Shown here: positions 40,785 to 50,986 of the stretch, in pieces
Position numbering within the stretch: position 1 is the stretch's first letter
Layout: each line of letters opens with the position of its first letter
From: an uncultured delta proteobacterium
GTDB taxonomy: Bacteria > Desulfobacterota > RBG-13-43-22
Reading direction: 5' to 3'
Assembly (NCBI GenBank): GCA_963843145.1
Contig: CAWJJC010000020.1
Coordinates: 608,001 to 672,000 of the forward strand
Length of the DNA stretch: 64,000 nucleotides
The notes under the pieces: model-generated
Database searches by the model: none
What the model saw: the letters and a program-made list of their open reading frames with translations, nothing else
Told to the model about the DNA's origin: nothing
Made by a program: the position numbers and the translations under genes

Positions 40785-41776
40785 AGACATTCAAGGACAA
40801 GAGCGGGCTATCGGACTGCTGCGGCGGGCCTTGGACCGGGACAAAGTCCACCATGCTTACCTGTTTACCGGTCCGGACGGGATCGGGAAAAAAAAGACGG
40901 CCCTGGAAATGGCCAAGGCCTTGAATTGTCTGCAGCCGGGCCCGGAAGGAGGCTGCGACTCCTGCGTTTCCTGTCTGAAAATAGAAAAAAATTGCCATCC
41001 GGACCTGGTGCATCTGAAACCGGAAAAAAATCAGATCACGATTGATCAAATTCGGGAACTGGAGGAACAAGTGGCCTATCCGCCCTATGGAGGCCGGTAT
41101 CGCCTGATCCTCTTGGATAAAGCGTCGGACTTGAATGTCTGGGCCGCCAACGCCTTTTTGAAAACCCTGGAGGAACCGCCGTCCGGAAATATTTTTGTCC
41201 TTTTGGTCAATGATCCGGGTGAACTCTTGCCCACCCTGGTTTCCCGGTGCCTGCGGCTTACTTTCAGCCCCCTCTCCCTGGACCTGATCAACCGAAAATT
41301 GATCGCGGATCTGGGATCAGACCCCGAAAAAGCCCAGGTCATCAGCCGTGCCTCCGGGGGGAGTTTGGGTCGGGCCTATCATTTGTTCGAGAAATTTTCG
41401 GAAGAGAAATCCTGGGATAAAGAATTTGGAATCCTGGCTACGGCAGTTGGAGTCCCTTTCCCTGGGTCGCCTGTCCCCCTTAATCGAAGGGGTGAAGGAT
41501 TGGCTGGGTTCCCGGGAGCAGATGCAGGAGGCCCTGGAAATCGGCAGTACCTGCTTACGGGATATCCTCTGGTTTCGTAACGGCCTGGACGACCTCGTTT
41601 TTCTCCCGACGAAATATAAGGAAAGGCTTAAGGGACTGGCCTTTCGCTGTCCGGAAAGAACCTGGCTCAAGGGCTACGACCTGATTACCCAGGCCGCCCA
41701 GGATCTACTTCGGCAGGTCAACCCCCAATTGACCTGGGAGATGCTCTGGATCAACATGGCCCGGGCCGCTCACTGA
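40774..41776 (+). CDS. holB: DNA polymerase III delta' subunit, frameshifted near 41400-41430
   Basis: HAYLFTGPDGIGK, Zn-finger, HPD, ANAFLKTLEEP, LPTLVSRC; the C-terminus (LRDIL...VNPQL) is in ORF 41348-41776. Confidence 0.92.
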
Positions 41777-41832
41777 TTTTTCACTTATAAAATTTTACTT
41801 CCTATCGTATAATTATTTAAAAGAACACCTGA

Positions 41833-42678
41833 GTGCCTTCTATGGAAAAAGAATCCTTAAAAATAGTCGGAGTCCGGTTTCAACAGGCGGGCTGTATCTA
41901 TGATTTCGATTGCGGCCACTTCGTAATGAAATCCGGAGATAAGGTAATCGTTAAAACGGAACAGGGCTTGGGTCTGGGGAAAGTGGTCCGGGGTCCCTTC
42001 AAGGTCGATCCGCCCGAGGGGGGACGCGAGTTCAAAAAAATATTCCGCATGGCCCACGCCGAGGACCTGGCCCAATACGATAAGATCCGGGAGCGCGAGA
42101 AAGAGGCCTTCCGTTTTTGCCTGGAGCGCATCCGGGAACGGAACCTGCAAATGAAACTGGTCCGGGTCGAATGTTTTTTCGACGGCAGCAAGGTCATCTT
42201 CTATTTTACCGCGGACGGCCGCGTGGATTTTCGGGAATTGGTGAAAGACCTGGTTCATCGTTTTCATACCCGGATCGAAATGCGTCAAATCGGGGTGCGC
42301 AACGAGGCCAAGATGATCGGCGGTTTGGGCCCCTGCGGGCGGGAGTTATGTTGCGCTTCGTTCCTGCCGGATTTCGCGGCCGTTTCGGTCAAGATGGCCA
42401 AAGAGCAGAATCTACCCCTGAACCCCACCAAAATATCTGGAATTTGCGGCCGCTTGATGTGCTGCCTGACCTATGAGTATGAAACGTATCAGCAACTGAA
42501 AAAGGATTTTCCCAAGATCGGCAAAACCATTATGAGCCCACTGGGACCGGTGAAAGTGCTGAGACAAAACGTGATGGAAGGAACGATTCTGGCGGAAACG
42601 GCCCAGCGAGAGGAAAAGATCATCAAGGTCTCCGAACTCACCCCGGGGGTCGCCGAAAACAAAAAGGACAAGGGTTGA
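41833..42678 (+). CDS. ricT: PSP1/RicT (YaaT) family protein
   Basis: FYFTADGRVDFRELVKDL, GPCGRELCC, KISGICGRLMCCL. Confidence 0.93.
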   Translation: MPSMEKESLKIVGVRFQQAGCIYDFDCGHFVMKSGDKVIVKTEQGLGLGKVVRGPFKVDPPEGGREFKKIFRMAHAEDLAQYDKIREREKEAFRFCLERIRERNLQMKLVRVECFFDGSKVIFYFTADGRVDFRELVKDLVHRFHTRIEMRQIGVRNEAKMIGGLGPCGRELCCASFLPDFAAVSVKMAKEQNLPLNPTKISGICGRLMCCLTYEYETYQQLKKDFPKIGKTIMSPLGPVKVLRQNVMEGTILAETAQREEKIIKVSELTPGVAENKKDKG

Positions 42679-42702
42679 ACCGCTGAGAGGTGATCCACGA
42701 AG

Positions 42703-44616
42703 ATGACGCGTACTTTTTATGTAACCACTCCGATTTATTACGTCAACGCCGAACCCCATATCGGACATGCCTACAGTACGATCGTCGCCGATACGCTGAG
42801 CCGTTTCTATCGGGCCCAGGGGTATGAAACCCGCTTCCAGACCGGGACGGACGAACACGGGGAAAAGGTAGTCCAGGCGGCCCAGAAAGAAGGGAAAGAT
42901 CCTCAACAGTATGCTGACCGCATCAGTCAGCTTTTTCGACAAACCTGGCCGGAACTGAATATTCAACCCGATCATTTTATCCGCACTACCGACCCGGAGC
43001 ATGTGGCCGTGGTTACCGCCATTTTGTCGCGCGTCCACGAATCGGGGGATATTTATTTCAGCGAATACGGCGGACAGTATTGCGTCGGTTGCGAGCGCTT
43101 TTACACGGAACGGGAGATCGTCGACGGACGCTGTCCGGACCATCAGACCCCGCTGACCTTTATCAAGGAAGCCAATTATTTCTTTCGCATGAGCGCTTAT
43201 CAGGACTGGCTTATCCGGCACCTTCAGGAAAACCCCGATTGCATTCGCCCCGAACGCTACCGCAACGAAGTGCTATCCTTTCTGAAAGAACCGCTGGAGG
43301 ACTTGTGTATTTCCCGCCCCAAGTCCCGCCTGACCTGGGGGATACCCCTGCCCTTTGACGATAACTATGTGACCTATGTCTGGTTTGACGCCCTGATCAA
43401 TTATCTGACCGGTCTGGGCTACCCCGACGGCCCGCTGTTTCCCAAATTTTGGCCGGCGGTCGAGCACGTCATCGCCAAAGACATTTTAAAGCCCCATGGC
43501 ATTTACTGGCCGATCATGCTCCGGGCCGCCGGGATCGCGCCCTATCGGCACTTGAATGTCCATGGCTACTGGAACCTGGATCAATCCAAAATCTCCAAGA
43601 GCCTGGGCAACGTCATCCGTCCCCAGCAGCTCAAAGACCGATTCGGGGCCGATGCCGTTCGTTACTTCTTTTTGCGGGAAATGGTTTTTGGTTTGGATGC
43701 CCAGTTCAGTGAAGAAAGCCTGATCCAGCGGGTCAATGCCGATCTGGCCAACAACCTCGGCAATTGTTTCAGCCGGACCCTGACCATGATCGAAAAGTAT
43801 TGCGGGGGAGCCATTCCCGAACCGGGGGCGCTGGGACCCGAGGAGCAGGTAATGAAAGACCACTTGCTCCAAGTTCGGCAAACCGTCAGCCAGGAGGTGC
43901 GGAAGGTGGCCTTTCACAAGGCCCTGATGGCCCTCTGGGAAGTGATTGACGGAGCCAATAAATACATCGACAGCCAGGCGCCCTGGGCCCTGGCCAAGGA
44001 CCCGGCCCTCCAGGACCGGCTGAGGACGGTACTCTATCTTTTGGCTGAAACCCTGAGGCAAACGGCGGTCCTGCTCAGCCCCTTTATGCCCCAAACGGCC
44101 GGCTCCATGCTGGAACAACTGGGTTGCGGGCGGGGAAAAGAGCCGGTTTCCTGGGAGGAGGAATTGGTTTGGGGACGGTTGGCGCCGGGAACCCTATTGG
44201 CGCGCGGACCGGCCTTGTTTCCCCGCATCGAAGTCAAGAAAGATACGCCGCCGCCGCCCCCCAAGAAGGTCCCCGCCGTAGAAACGAAGGTCCCTCCCCT
44301 GTTGTCGATCGAGGAGTTTAAAAAATGGGACCTGCGGGTGGCCCGGGTGCTGTCCGCCGAACGGATACCCAAGACGGACAAACTGATAAAAATGAAAATC
44401 GACCTGGGAGAAGAAAGGACCCTGGTGGCGGGAATTGGCCGGGATTATGCCCCGGAAGATCTGGTCGGCAAGTCCATCGTGGTGGTGGCCAACCTAAAGC
44501 CCAGCCAACTGATGGGGGTGGAGTCCCAGGCCATGCTCCTGGCGGCCGGCGACGGGAAAAGTTTAGCGATCGTGGCCCCGGAGAAAGCGCTCCCGCCGGG
44601 AGCCAAAGTGAAATAG
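42703..44616 (+). CDS. metG: Methionine--tRNA ligase
   Basis: HIGH, KISKS, Zn knuckle, C-terminal tRNA-binding OB domain. Confidence 0.97.
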   Translation: MTRTFYVTTPIYYVNAEPHIGHAYSTIVADTLSRFYRAQGYETRFQTGTDEHGEKVVQAAQKEGKDPQQYADRISQLFRQTWPELNIQPDHFIRTTDPEHVAVVTAILSRVHESGDIYFSEYGGQYCVGCERFYTEREIVDGRCPDHQTPLTFIKEANYFFRMSAYQDWLIRHLQENPDCIRPERYRNEVLSFLKEPLEDLCISRPKSRLTWGIPLPFDDNYVTYVWFDALINYLTGLGYPDGPLFPKFWPAVEHVIAKDILKPHGIYWPIMLRAAGIAPYRHLNVHGYWNLDQSKISKSLGNVIRPQQLKDRFGADAVRYFFLREMVFGLDAQFSEESLIQRVNADLANNLGNCFSRTLTMIEKYCGGAIPEPGALGPEEQVMKDHLLQVRQTVSQEVRKVAFHKALMALWEVIDGANKYIDSQAPWALAKDPALQDRLRTVLYLLAETLRQTAVLLSPFMPQTAGSMLEQLGCGRGKEPVSWEEELVWGRLAPGTLLARGPALFPRIEVKKDTPPPPPKKVPAVETKVPPLLSIEEFKKWDLRVARVLSAERIPKTDKLIKMKIDLGEERTLVAGIGRDYAPEDLVGKSIVVVANLKPSQLMGVESQAMLLAAGDGKSLAIVAPEKALPPGAKVK

Positions 44617-44624
44617 TCTTTGCC

Positions 44625-45044
44625 ATGCTGTCTCCGGAAGTTCTGCCGCACCGCTATCCCTTTCTCTTCATTGATCGGATCGAACGGATCGTTCCGGGGA
44701 AGGAGGGAATTTTTTCGGCCAACCGATCAACCGACAATTTTTTCTCTGCCGACCGGGTCCCGCCGTCCTTCAGTCAATCCCTATTGCTGGAGATAATGGC
44801 CCAGGCGGCCGGAATCGTCCTGATCGGCCGGCAACCACTGGAAAAAGCCGCTGAAGTCCATCAGGGCTATCTACTCAAATTGGATCAGGTTTTGTTTTTT
44901 CAACTCCCCCGGATGGGAGACCGGATGTTGATCGCCATCGAAAAAACCCATAGTTTGGGAAGGCTCCATCGTTTTTCCGGTGAGGTCCGGACCGGGGAGA
45001 CCCTCCTGGTCCGCGGGGAACTCACCTTGTGGCAGGATGAATAA
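44625..45044 (+). CDS. FabZ-like hotdog dehydratase (atypical)
   Basis: LPHRYPFLFIDRI and LLLEIMAQ present; the catalytic HFP motif is absent. Confidence 0.8.
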   Translation: MLSPEVLPHRYPFLFIDRIERIVPGKEGIFSANRSTDNFFSADRVPPSFSQSLLLEIMAQAAGIVLIGRQPLEKAAEVHQGYLLKLDQVLFFQLPRMGDRMLIAIEKTHSLGRLHRFSGEVRTGETLLVRGELTLWQDE

Positions 45045-45083
45045 CCTGTTATTATTTGCCGAGTCTATTTCGCTCTGGTTTTT

Positions 45084-45824
45084 ATGCCCCACTTCGGACT
45101 GATCATTCCCGCTCATAATGTCGAAAAATCCCTGGTCGGAGTGATCCGCGGCGCCCGGAAATGGGTCCGGGATATCCTGGTGGTGAACGACGGTTCGACC
45201 GACCAAACCCAAGAAGCCGCCCGGGCAGAGGGGGTTCAGGTAGTGTCCTTTCCCACGAATGAAGGCAAGGGCCGGGCGCTGAAAACCGGATTCGCCCATT
45301 ACCTGGATCGCGGGGCTGAGGCCATCATTACTATGGACGGGGACGGACAGCATGATCCCGAGTTCCTTCCGGCCCTGATCGAAGAATATGGCCGGGGAGC
45401 GGCCCAAGTCATCATCGGCTCGCGACTGGGAGACCGGGAGCGAATACCTAAAATCCGCTATTATCCCAATCTGGTCGGGACGTATTGCCTAAGCTGGGCC
45501 ACGGGTCAATATATACCGGACTCCCAGAGCGGTTTCCGCCTCTACCAGGCCAAGGAGTTAAGAGGACTCCCTTTGAAGGCCGACGGCTTTGCCTTGGAGA
45601 CAGAGCTGCTGATCAAACTGGCTAAGAAAGGCGCCACGATTGCTTCCATTGCCGTTCCGGCCATCTATGACGAACCCCGGCCTCGTTCCCACTATCGACC
45701 CGTGGCCGATACCTATCAAATCAGCATCATGGTCCTGAGAAGCATCTTCTGGCCTCGACTGACGAAGCGCCCCAGAGGGGTCTTCTGGCTTCCTTTTCGA
45801 CAAAGAAGGCCGGCTCAGCCATGA
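45084..45824 (+). CDS. Glycosyltransferase family 2
   Basis: IIPAHN, VNDGSTD, GKGRAL, MDGDGQH, DSQSGFRLY. Confidence 0.93.
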   Translation: MPHFGLIIPAHNVEKSLVGVIRGARKWVRDILVVNDGSTDQTQEAARAEGVQVVSFPTNEGKGRALKTGFAHYLDRGAEAIITMDGDGQHDPEFLPALIEEYGRGAAQVIIGSRLGDRERIPKIRYYPNLVGTYCLSWATGQYIPDSQSGFRLYQAKELRGLPLKADGFALETELLIKLAKKGATIASIAVPAIYDEPRPRSHYRPVADTYQISIMVLRSIFWPRLTKRPRGVFWLPFRQRRPAQP

Positions 45825-47038
45825 ATCCCCGGAGGGTGGTGGTTACCGGTTTGGGGGTTATTACCTCGATCGGCCGTAACCGGGTTGAATTTTGGAAAAA
45901 CCTGATTGCCGGCCGGAGCGGGATCGGCCCTTTTGATCTTTTCGACCCCACCGGCTTCCGAGTTCAGATAGCCGCCCAGGTACGTAATTTTTCCGCAACC
46001 GACTATTTCAGCCGGCGGGAAATTCAGCGGCTTTCCCGGGCGGATCTATTTGGCCTGATAGCGGCCGGGGAGGCCCTGGGGGATGCCGGCCTGGAAAAAG
46101 GTTTTGAATCCCCGGATCGGGTAGCGGTGTTTTTGGGGGCCGCCGCCGGGGGAATTTATCCCACGGAGCTCTATCGTCAGGAAGTCTATCAGCGAAAAAA
46201 AAGAAGGCATCCCTCTATTCTTTTGTCCTTTCCGTTTTGCACCCTCACCGATCAGATAGGCAACCGCTACGGTGTATCCGGTCCCCGGGCCACAATCGAC
46301 ACGGCCTGCTCTTCAACGATCACCGCCATTGGTTTAGGCTTCGACTGGATTAGGGACGGTTTAGTGGATTTCGTCGTAACCGGGGGGACCGAATCGCTTT
46401 CTCAATTGACCTTTTCCGGGTTTAATACCCTGAAGGCCCTGGATCCCCAACCTTGCCGGCCCTTTGACCGGCAGCGTCAGGGTCTTTCGCTGGGAGAGGG
46501 GGCCGGGATGATGATCCTGGAACCGCTGGAACAGGCCCGGTCCAGGGGTGCGAAAATATATGCCGAGATTCTGGGGTACGGCACTTCGGCCGATGCCCAC
46601 CACATTACGGCGCCGCATCCCGAAGGCTACGGCGCGGTCTTATCCATGCAGCGGGCCATGCAGCAGGCCGGGATCACCGCGTCGTCCGTGGATTTCATCA
46701 GTGCCCACGGCACGGCCACCCCGGCCAATGATCCCATTGAGACCAAGGCCATCAAGGGAGTTTTCGGGGAGCGGGCCTCCAGGATCCCGGTCACCTCGAT
46801 AAAATCATCGATCGGACATTGCCTGGGATCTGCCGGGGTGTTGGGGGCCGAGTCGGCCATCCTAGCCCTGCTTCACGGGGTCCTGCCCCCCACCTTGCAT
46901 TTTAAGGAGCGGGACCCGGATTGCGACCTGGACGTAGTGTTCAACCAAGCCCGAAAAAAGGAGGTGGCTACCGTAATCTGCAACGCCTTTGCCTTCGGGG
47001 GCAATAACAGTTCCATTATTTTTTCCAAACTGAGATGA
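45821..47038 (+). CDS. Beta-ketoacyl-ACP synthase (FabF-like, Cys-His-His intact)
   Basis: TACSS, AHGTAT, KSSIGHCLG, AFAFGGNN. Confidence 0.93.
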   Translation: MNPRRVVVTGLGVITSIGRNRVEFWKNLIAGRSGIGPFDLFDPTGFRVQIAAQVRNFSATDYFSRREIQRLSRADLFGLIAAGEALGDAGLEKGFESPDRVAVFLGAAAGGIYPTELYRQEVYQRKKRRHPSILLSFPFCTLTDQIGNRYGVSGPRATIDTACSSTITAIGLGFDWIRDGLVDFVVTGGTESLSQLTFSGFNTLKALDPQPCRPFDRQRQGLSLGEGAGMMILEPLEQARSRGAKIYAEILGYGTSADAHHITAPHPEGYGAVLSMQRAMQQAGITASSVDFISAHGTATPANDPIETKAIKGVFGERASRIPVTSIKSSIGHCLGSAGVLGAESAILALLHGVLPPTLHFKERDPDCDLDVVFNQARKKEVATVICNAFAFGGNNSSIIFSKLR

Positions 47039-47039
47039 T

Positions 47040-47196
47040 TGACGGATTCGCAAGAAGTCCGTCAACAGCGCGAGCGCGATTAAGTGCCGGGCTGGGGTGG
47101 GGGTGGGACCATTTGAATTCACTTCAAATGGCGGGGGAGGGCGTGCCCTTCCCCGCCGAGCAGAAAGTCGTATTTGGACTTTTTGCGAGGTTATCA
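47040..47196. mobile_element. MITE family A, copy 2, between the two KS genes
   Basis: Similar to 14234-14398 along its length; ATGATT directly repeated at 47035 and 47196. Confidence 0.85.
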
Positions 47197-48422
47197 TGAT
47201 TGACGGACTCGCCAGCACCGGAATAGTCGTCACCGGTATCGGGATTATCGGTTCCCTGGGGATAGGGCGGGAGACCTTTTGGAATAATTTTCTGTCCGGC
47301 CAATCCGGGATTAAACCGATCCAGGAATTCCTTCCCCTGGAAACAAAGATTCACTTCGGCGGGGAGGTGGAAGGGTTCCGTCCCAAGGAGTATCTCTCGC
47401 CCCTGGTTTATCGAAAGATGGGCCGGTCTTCCCGGCTGGCCGTAGTGGCCAGCCTGGAGGCCCTGCAGGATGCCGGACTGGAAATCAATGACCTCAATAG
47501 GGATCGCATCGGAGTCTTTGCCGGCACGGGTTACGGCAATTCCGGGCTGACGGACGAATATTTTGTCAGTTTCATGGAAGGCGGCCCCCAGGGGACCAAT
47601 CCCCTTTTATTTGCCGATACGGTCCCCAATACGGCCGGCAGCCACATCAGCCTCTATCATCGCTTGCGGGGCCCCATCACCACCTTTTGCCAGAATTTAA
47701 TCTCCGCCGAACTGGCCTTGATTTATGCCTGCCGGCAGTTGCAGGCCGGATCGGCCGAGGCCATCCTGGTGGTGGGGGTGGATGAGCTTTCTCCCATCGT
47801 TATGCATGCCTTTTCGGTGTTAAAGGGGCTGAATCCCTCCATCAATCCTATTCTGGGGGGGGGGCCGGTTCTAGGAGAAGGGGCCTGCGTTCTGGTTTTG
47901 GAACGCCGGGAGCAGGCCCTCATCCGCCGGGCTCCGATTTACGGGGAGATCTCCGCTCTGGCCCTGAACAGCGGGGTTACCCGGGCGGGCCACTATGAGG
48001 AGGAAGGCCGGGCCATGAAAAAGGTGGTTCAGGAATGCCTGGATAAAGAGGGGACTCGCGGCAGGACGCCGGATCTGATCAGCCTCTCGGCCGATTTTTC
48101 AGGGGAGCTGGATCCACGCGAATTCCAGGTTCTGCGGGAGATCTTCGGGAACGCCTGGTCCGGGATTGCCCTTTCCCCGTTGAAATATTTCGCCGGGGAA
48201 TATGGGGGAATGGGGGCGCTTCGTTTAGCTATACTACTCCTGGCCATGCGGGACCAGGTGATCCCTCCCACGGTGAACCCGGATCAATTGGAAACGGGAA
48301 CTCCCTGGGATCGGCGCTTCCTGCCCACTCGCCCCGGGGAAATCAAACAGGGCCTACTGACCGGCTTCACCTTCGGAGGCGGGAACGCCTGCCTGGCCGT
48401 CCAAAAAAGTCCCGGTTTATAG
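47196..48422 (+). CDS. Catalytically degenerate ketosynthase (chain-length-factor-like)
   Basis: KS fold (VVTGIG, LGEGA, FTFGGGN), but TACSS is replaced by QNLIS and both His motifs are lost (LSADFS, AGEYG). Confidence 0.82.
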   Translation: MIDGLASTGIVVTGIGIIGSLGIGRETFWNNFLSGQSGIKPIQEFLPLETKIHFGGEVEGFRPKEYLSPLVYRKMGRSSRLAVVASLEALQDAGLEINDLNRDRIGVFAGTGYGNSGLTDEYFVSFMEGGPQGTNPLLFADTVPNTAGSHISLYHRLRGPITTFCQNLISAELALIYACRQLQAGSAEAILVVGVDELSPIVMHAFSVLKGLNPSINPILGGGPVLGEGACVLVLERREQALIRRAPIYGEISALALNSGVTRAGHYEEEGRAMKKVVQECLDKEGTRGRTPDLISLSADFSGELDPREFQVLREIFGNAWSGIALSPLKYFAGEYGGMGALRLAILLLAMRDQVIPPTVNPDQLETGTPWDRRFLPTRPGEIKQGLLTGFTFGGGNACLAVQKSPGL

Positions 48423-48560
48423 GAATCCGGCGCCTTCCGCCCGTTCCCGCTCTTTTCGGCCTTCCGTCAAATCCACCCTTTTGAGGAGCAGGAACCCGAT
48501 GACAGACAGGATTCCAATGGATAGAATTCCCCGACGGTTATAGGCAGGATCAGCCATCAA

Positions 48561-48652
48561 TGATCACCTCGCAAAAAGTCAAAATACAACTTTCTGCTCG
48601 GCCTGTTGACGACCTTCTTCCGAGTCCGTCCATGATAACCTCGCAAAAAGTC
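48561..48652. repeat. MITE family A short copy plus a tandem extra TIR
   Basis: TGATCACCTCGCAAAAAGTC...GACCTTCTTCCGAGTCCGTC followed by TGATAACCTCGCAAAAAGTC. Confidence 0.8.
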
Positions 48653-48658
48653 TCCCGG

Positions 48659-50434
48659 TTAGAAGAGGGACAATTGTCGACGGCGAGGGCGGTGCGGCTT
48701 CAAGGTTTCCGGTAGGGAGACGGTTGATTTCAGCATTTCCTCGATATCTCCTAAAAAAGGAGAGGGCGACTGCCACAGCGTTTGCCCGTACAAGCGTCTT
48801 TTTTTCGCCCAGGTTAAAAAAATATTTTGGGTGGCCCGGGTCAGGCCGACATAAAAAAGGCGCCGCTCTTCCTCCGGGTCACTTTCTCTAAAAACGGTCA
48901 GGGGCAACAGGTTGGCCTCGCACCCGGAAAGGATGACAAAGGGAAACTCCAGTCCCTTGGCGGCGTGGAGGGTCAGGAGTTTAACATTTTCCTGATCCGG
49001 TTCATAGGAATCCAAACCGGTCTGCAGGGAAAGGATCTCCAGGAAAGATTCCAGACCGCCTTGGAAGGTGGCGGCCAGAAAACGAAGTTTCTTGAGGGCC
49101 TCGCCGGGTTGGTTCGGGTCGGTTCCCGAAGCCCGGCGCTGGGGGACGTTCGGGTCCCGACTCGGAAGGGTGATGGCTTGCTCAACCGCCTTCAGCGCTG
49201 TTCCTTGAAAGGGAAGCAGGGTTTTCATTCGGGCAAACAACTGCCGAACTTCAGGGCAATCGGACCAATGCCTTTCCTGAACTTTCTTATAGGGAACGCC
49301 TTTTTCATCAAAGACCCGGCCGATTATTTCCCCCTGGGCATGAAGCCGGTAAAGAACGGCAAAGTCCGCCAGGCTGACCGGTTGTTCATCGGTAGCCGCA
49401 GGTCCCGAGGTCAGGAAAGAAAAGCCGCCCAGGCGCTGTTCGATCAATTCCGCCAGATAACGGGCTTCTTCCTCGGCCGAAGGCAGCTCCGCTACAGGCA
49501 GGGTCGGATCTCCGATTTTGGCGGTCTTCATTCGGTAGGGGACGGCCCGTGAAGAGGCGGAGATGACCTGGCTGGAGGCTTTCAGGATGGTTTGATTCAG
49601 CCGAAAGGTGTCTTCTAAATGAATTTCGGTTAACCGGGGGACTTCCCCCCTCAGTCGATCAAAAAAATCCGCCCCCGCCCCGCGGAAACCGTAAATAGCC
49701 TGATTCGGGTCACCGATCACCAGCCACCCACCCTGGTCGCCGGTCAGCAGGCGGAAGAGGCGGTACTGGGCGGTATTAATGTCCTGAAATTCATCGACTA
49801 ACACCTGGGGAACCCGGAGCTGCCACTGTTTTCGAAAAACCGGTTGTTCCTGCAGAAGAAAGACCGTTTGCTGGATCAGATCATCAAAATCCCACCAGTT
49901 TTGATCGGAGAGCCGGTTCTGGTAGGTCCGATAAACTGCGGGCCACTCCGGTAAACCGTCCCACTCAGGCAGGTGATCCGCCTCTTCGGGCGTGCGGAGA
50001 GAGCCTTTGGCTAAAGAAATGCGCCGGGCTAGCTCTTTCAGTTGCTTCGCCGGCAATTTTTTCCGGTGACCCCGCAGGGAGCTGCTTAGAACCTCTAAGG
50101 CCTCGTTTTCAGACAATAACTTATGGTTGGGGAAAAAGGACTGCCGGAGGAGCCGGTAGCTGAAACCATGAAATGTGGTTATCCAGGGATGGTCGGCGCC
50201 CGAATCCCGGGGAAGGAGTTGCGCCGCCCGAACCCGCATTTCTTCCGCGGCTTGATTAGTAAAGGTAACGGCTAAAATGTTTTTCGGGGAAAGACCCTGC
50301 TCAAGGACCAAATAGGCCAAGCGATGGGTTAAGGTCCGGGTTTTCCCCGTCCCCGGGCCGGCTAAGACCATTAGAGGGCCGCCGCGGTAGGTCACCGCCT
50401 GCCATTGTTGGGGTGTTAAGGCCGCCTGGTTCAT
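48659..50434 (-). CDS. UvrD/Rep-family SF1 helicase
   Basis: AGPGTGKT, VTFTNQAA, VDEFQD, GDPNQAIYGFRGA, TLHAAKGLEF, EERRLFYVGLTRA. Confidence 0.95.
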   Translation of the reverse strand: MNQAALTPQQWQAVTYRGGPLMVLAGPGTGKTRTLTHRLAYLVLEQGLSPKNILAVTFTNQAAEEMRVRAAQLLPRDSGADHPWITTFHGFSYRLLRQSFFPNHKLLSENEALEVLSSSLRGHRKKLPAKQLKELARRISLAKGSLRTPEEADHLPEWDGLPEWPAVYRTYQNRLSDQNWWDFDDLIQQTVFLLQEQPVFRKQWQLRVPQVLVDEFQDINTAQYRLFRLLTGDQGGWLVIGDPNQAIYGFRGAGADFFDRLRGEVPRLTEIHLEDTFRLNQTILKASSQVISASSRAVPYRMKTAKIGDPTLPVAELPSAEEEARYLAELIEQRLGGFSFLTSGPAATDEQPVSLADFAVLYRLHAQGEIIGRVFDEKGVPYKKVQERHWSDCPEVRQLFARMKTLLPFQGTALKAVEQAITLPSRDPNVPQRRASGTDPNQPGEALKKLRFLAATFQGGLESFLEILSLQTGLDSYEPDQENVKLLTLHAAKGLEFPFVILSGCEANLLPLTVFRESDPEEERRLFYVGLTRATQNIFLTWAKKRRLYGQTLWQSPSPFLGDIEEMLKSTVSLPETLKPHRPRRRQLSLF

Positions 50435-50483
50435 GGTTGGTCGTCAGAAATGGCGGAGGTGATTGTCGCCTTCCGGAGCCTGC

Positions 50484-50526
50484 AAAAAGGGAAAGGCCCG
50501 GAAATATTCCGGGCCTTTCCAAAAAA
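50484..50526. terminator. Intrinsic terminator after the ferredoxin gene
   Basis: GGAAAGGCCCGGAA-ata-TTCCGGGCCTTTCC with an A run (U run on the minus strand). Confidence 0.8.
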
Positions 50527-50542
50527 GCACTGTGAAAAAAGG

Positions 50543-50728
50543 TTAGACTTCTTTTACAGTGATTGCAGCAGTTTCACAAACTTCCACGCAACTTTCGCAG
50601 CCCAGGCATTCATCCATATTAACGGGAACGGCCTTGTTGTCCTGCAATTCGAATACCCCTACCGGACAAGTATCGACGCAATTGGAATCCCCAGTGCATT
50701 TGTCCGTGTCCACGGTTACCTGAAACAT
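50543..50728 (-). CDS. Dicluster ferredoxin (probably [3Fe-4S]/[4Fe-4S] or Asp-ligated)
   Basis: CTGDSNCVDTCP (Asp at the second Cys position) and CLGCESCVEVC; strong RBS. Confidence 0.92.
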   Translation of the reverse strand: MFQVTVDTDKCTGDSNCVDTCPVGVFELQDNKAVPVNMDECLGCESCVEVCETAAITVKEV

Positions 50729-50986
50729 TGATGTTTCCTCCTTGCTTTTTGGTTGGTTTGTTCACCAAAGAACGGTGTCTTGATTTATAAAGGCCTTATT
50801 CTGGTGGTCAAACGATAAACGACGAGAGACTAAAACATTTTTCAATAAAGGTCAAATATTTTTTTCCATTGCCTAGAACGGCGGGGCAATAAGCGTTGAC
50901 CGCCGAAATAATTGTGATAAACTGATCCATTAAAGAAGAATAAATCTTTCATCAATGATTTGAACAAATTATCAGAGGAGCCGTCG

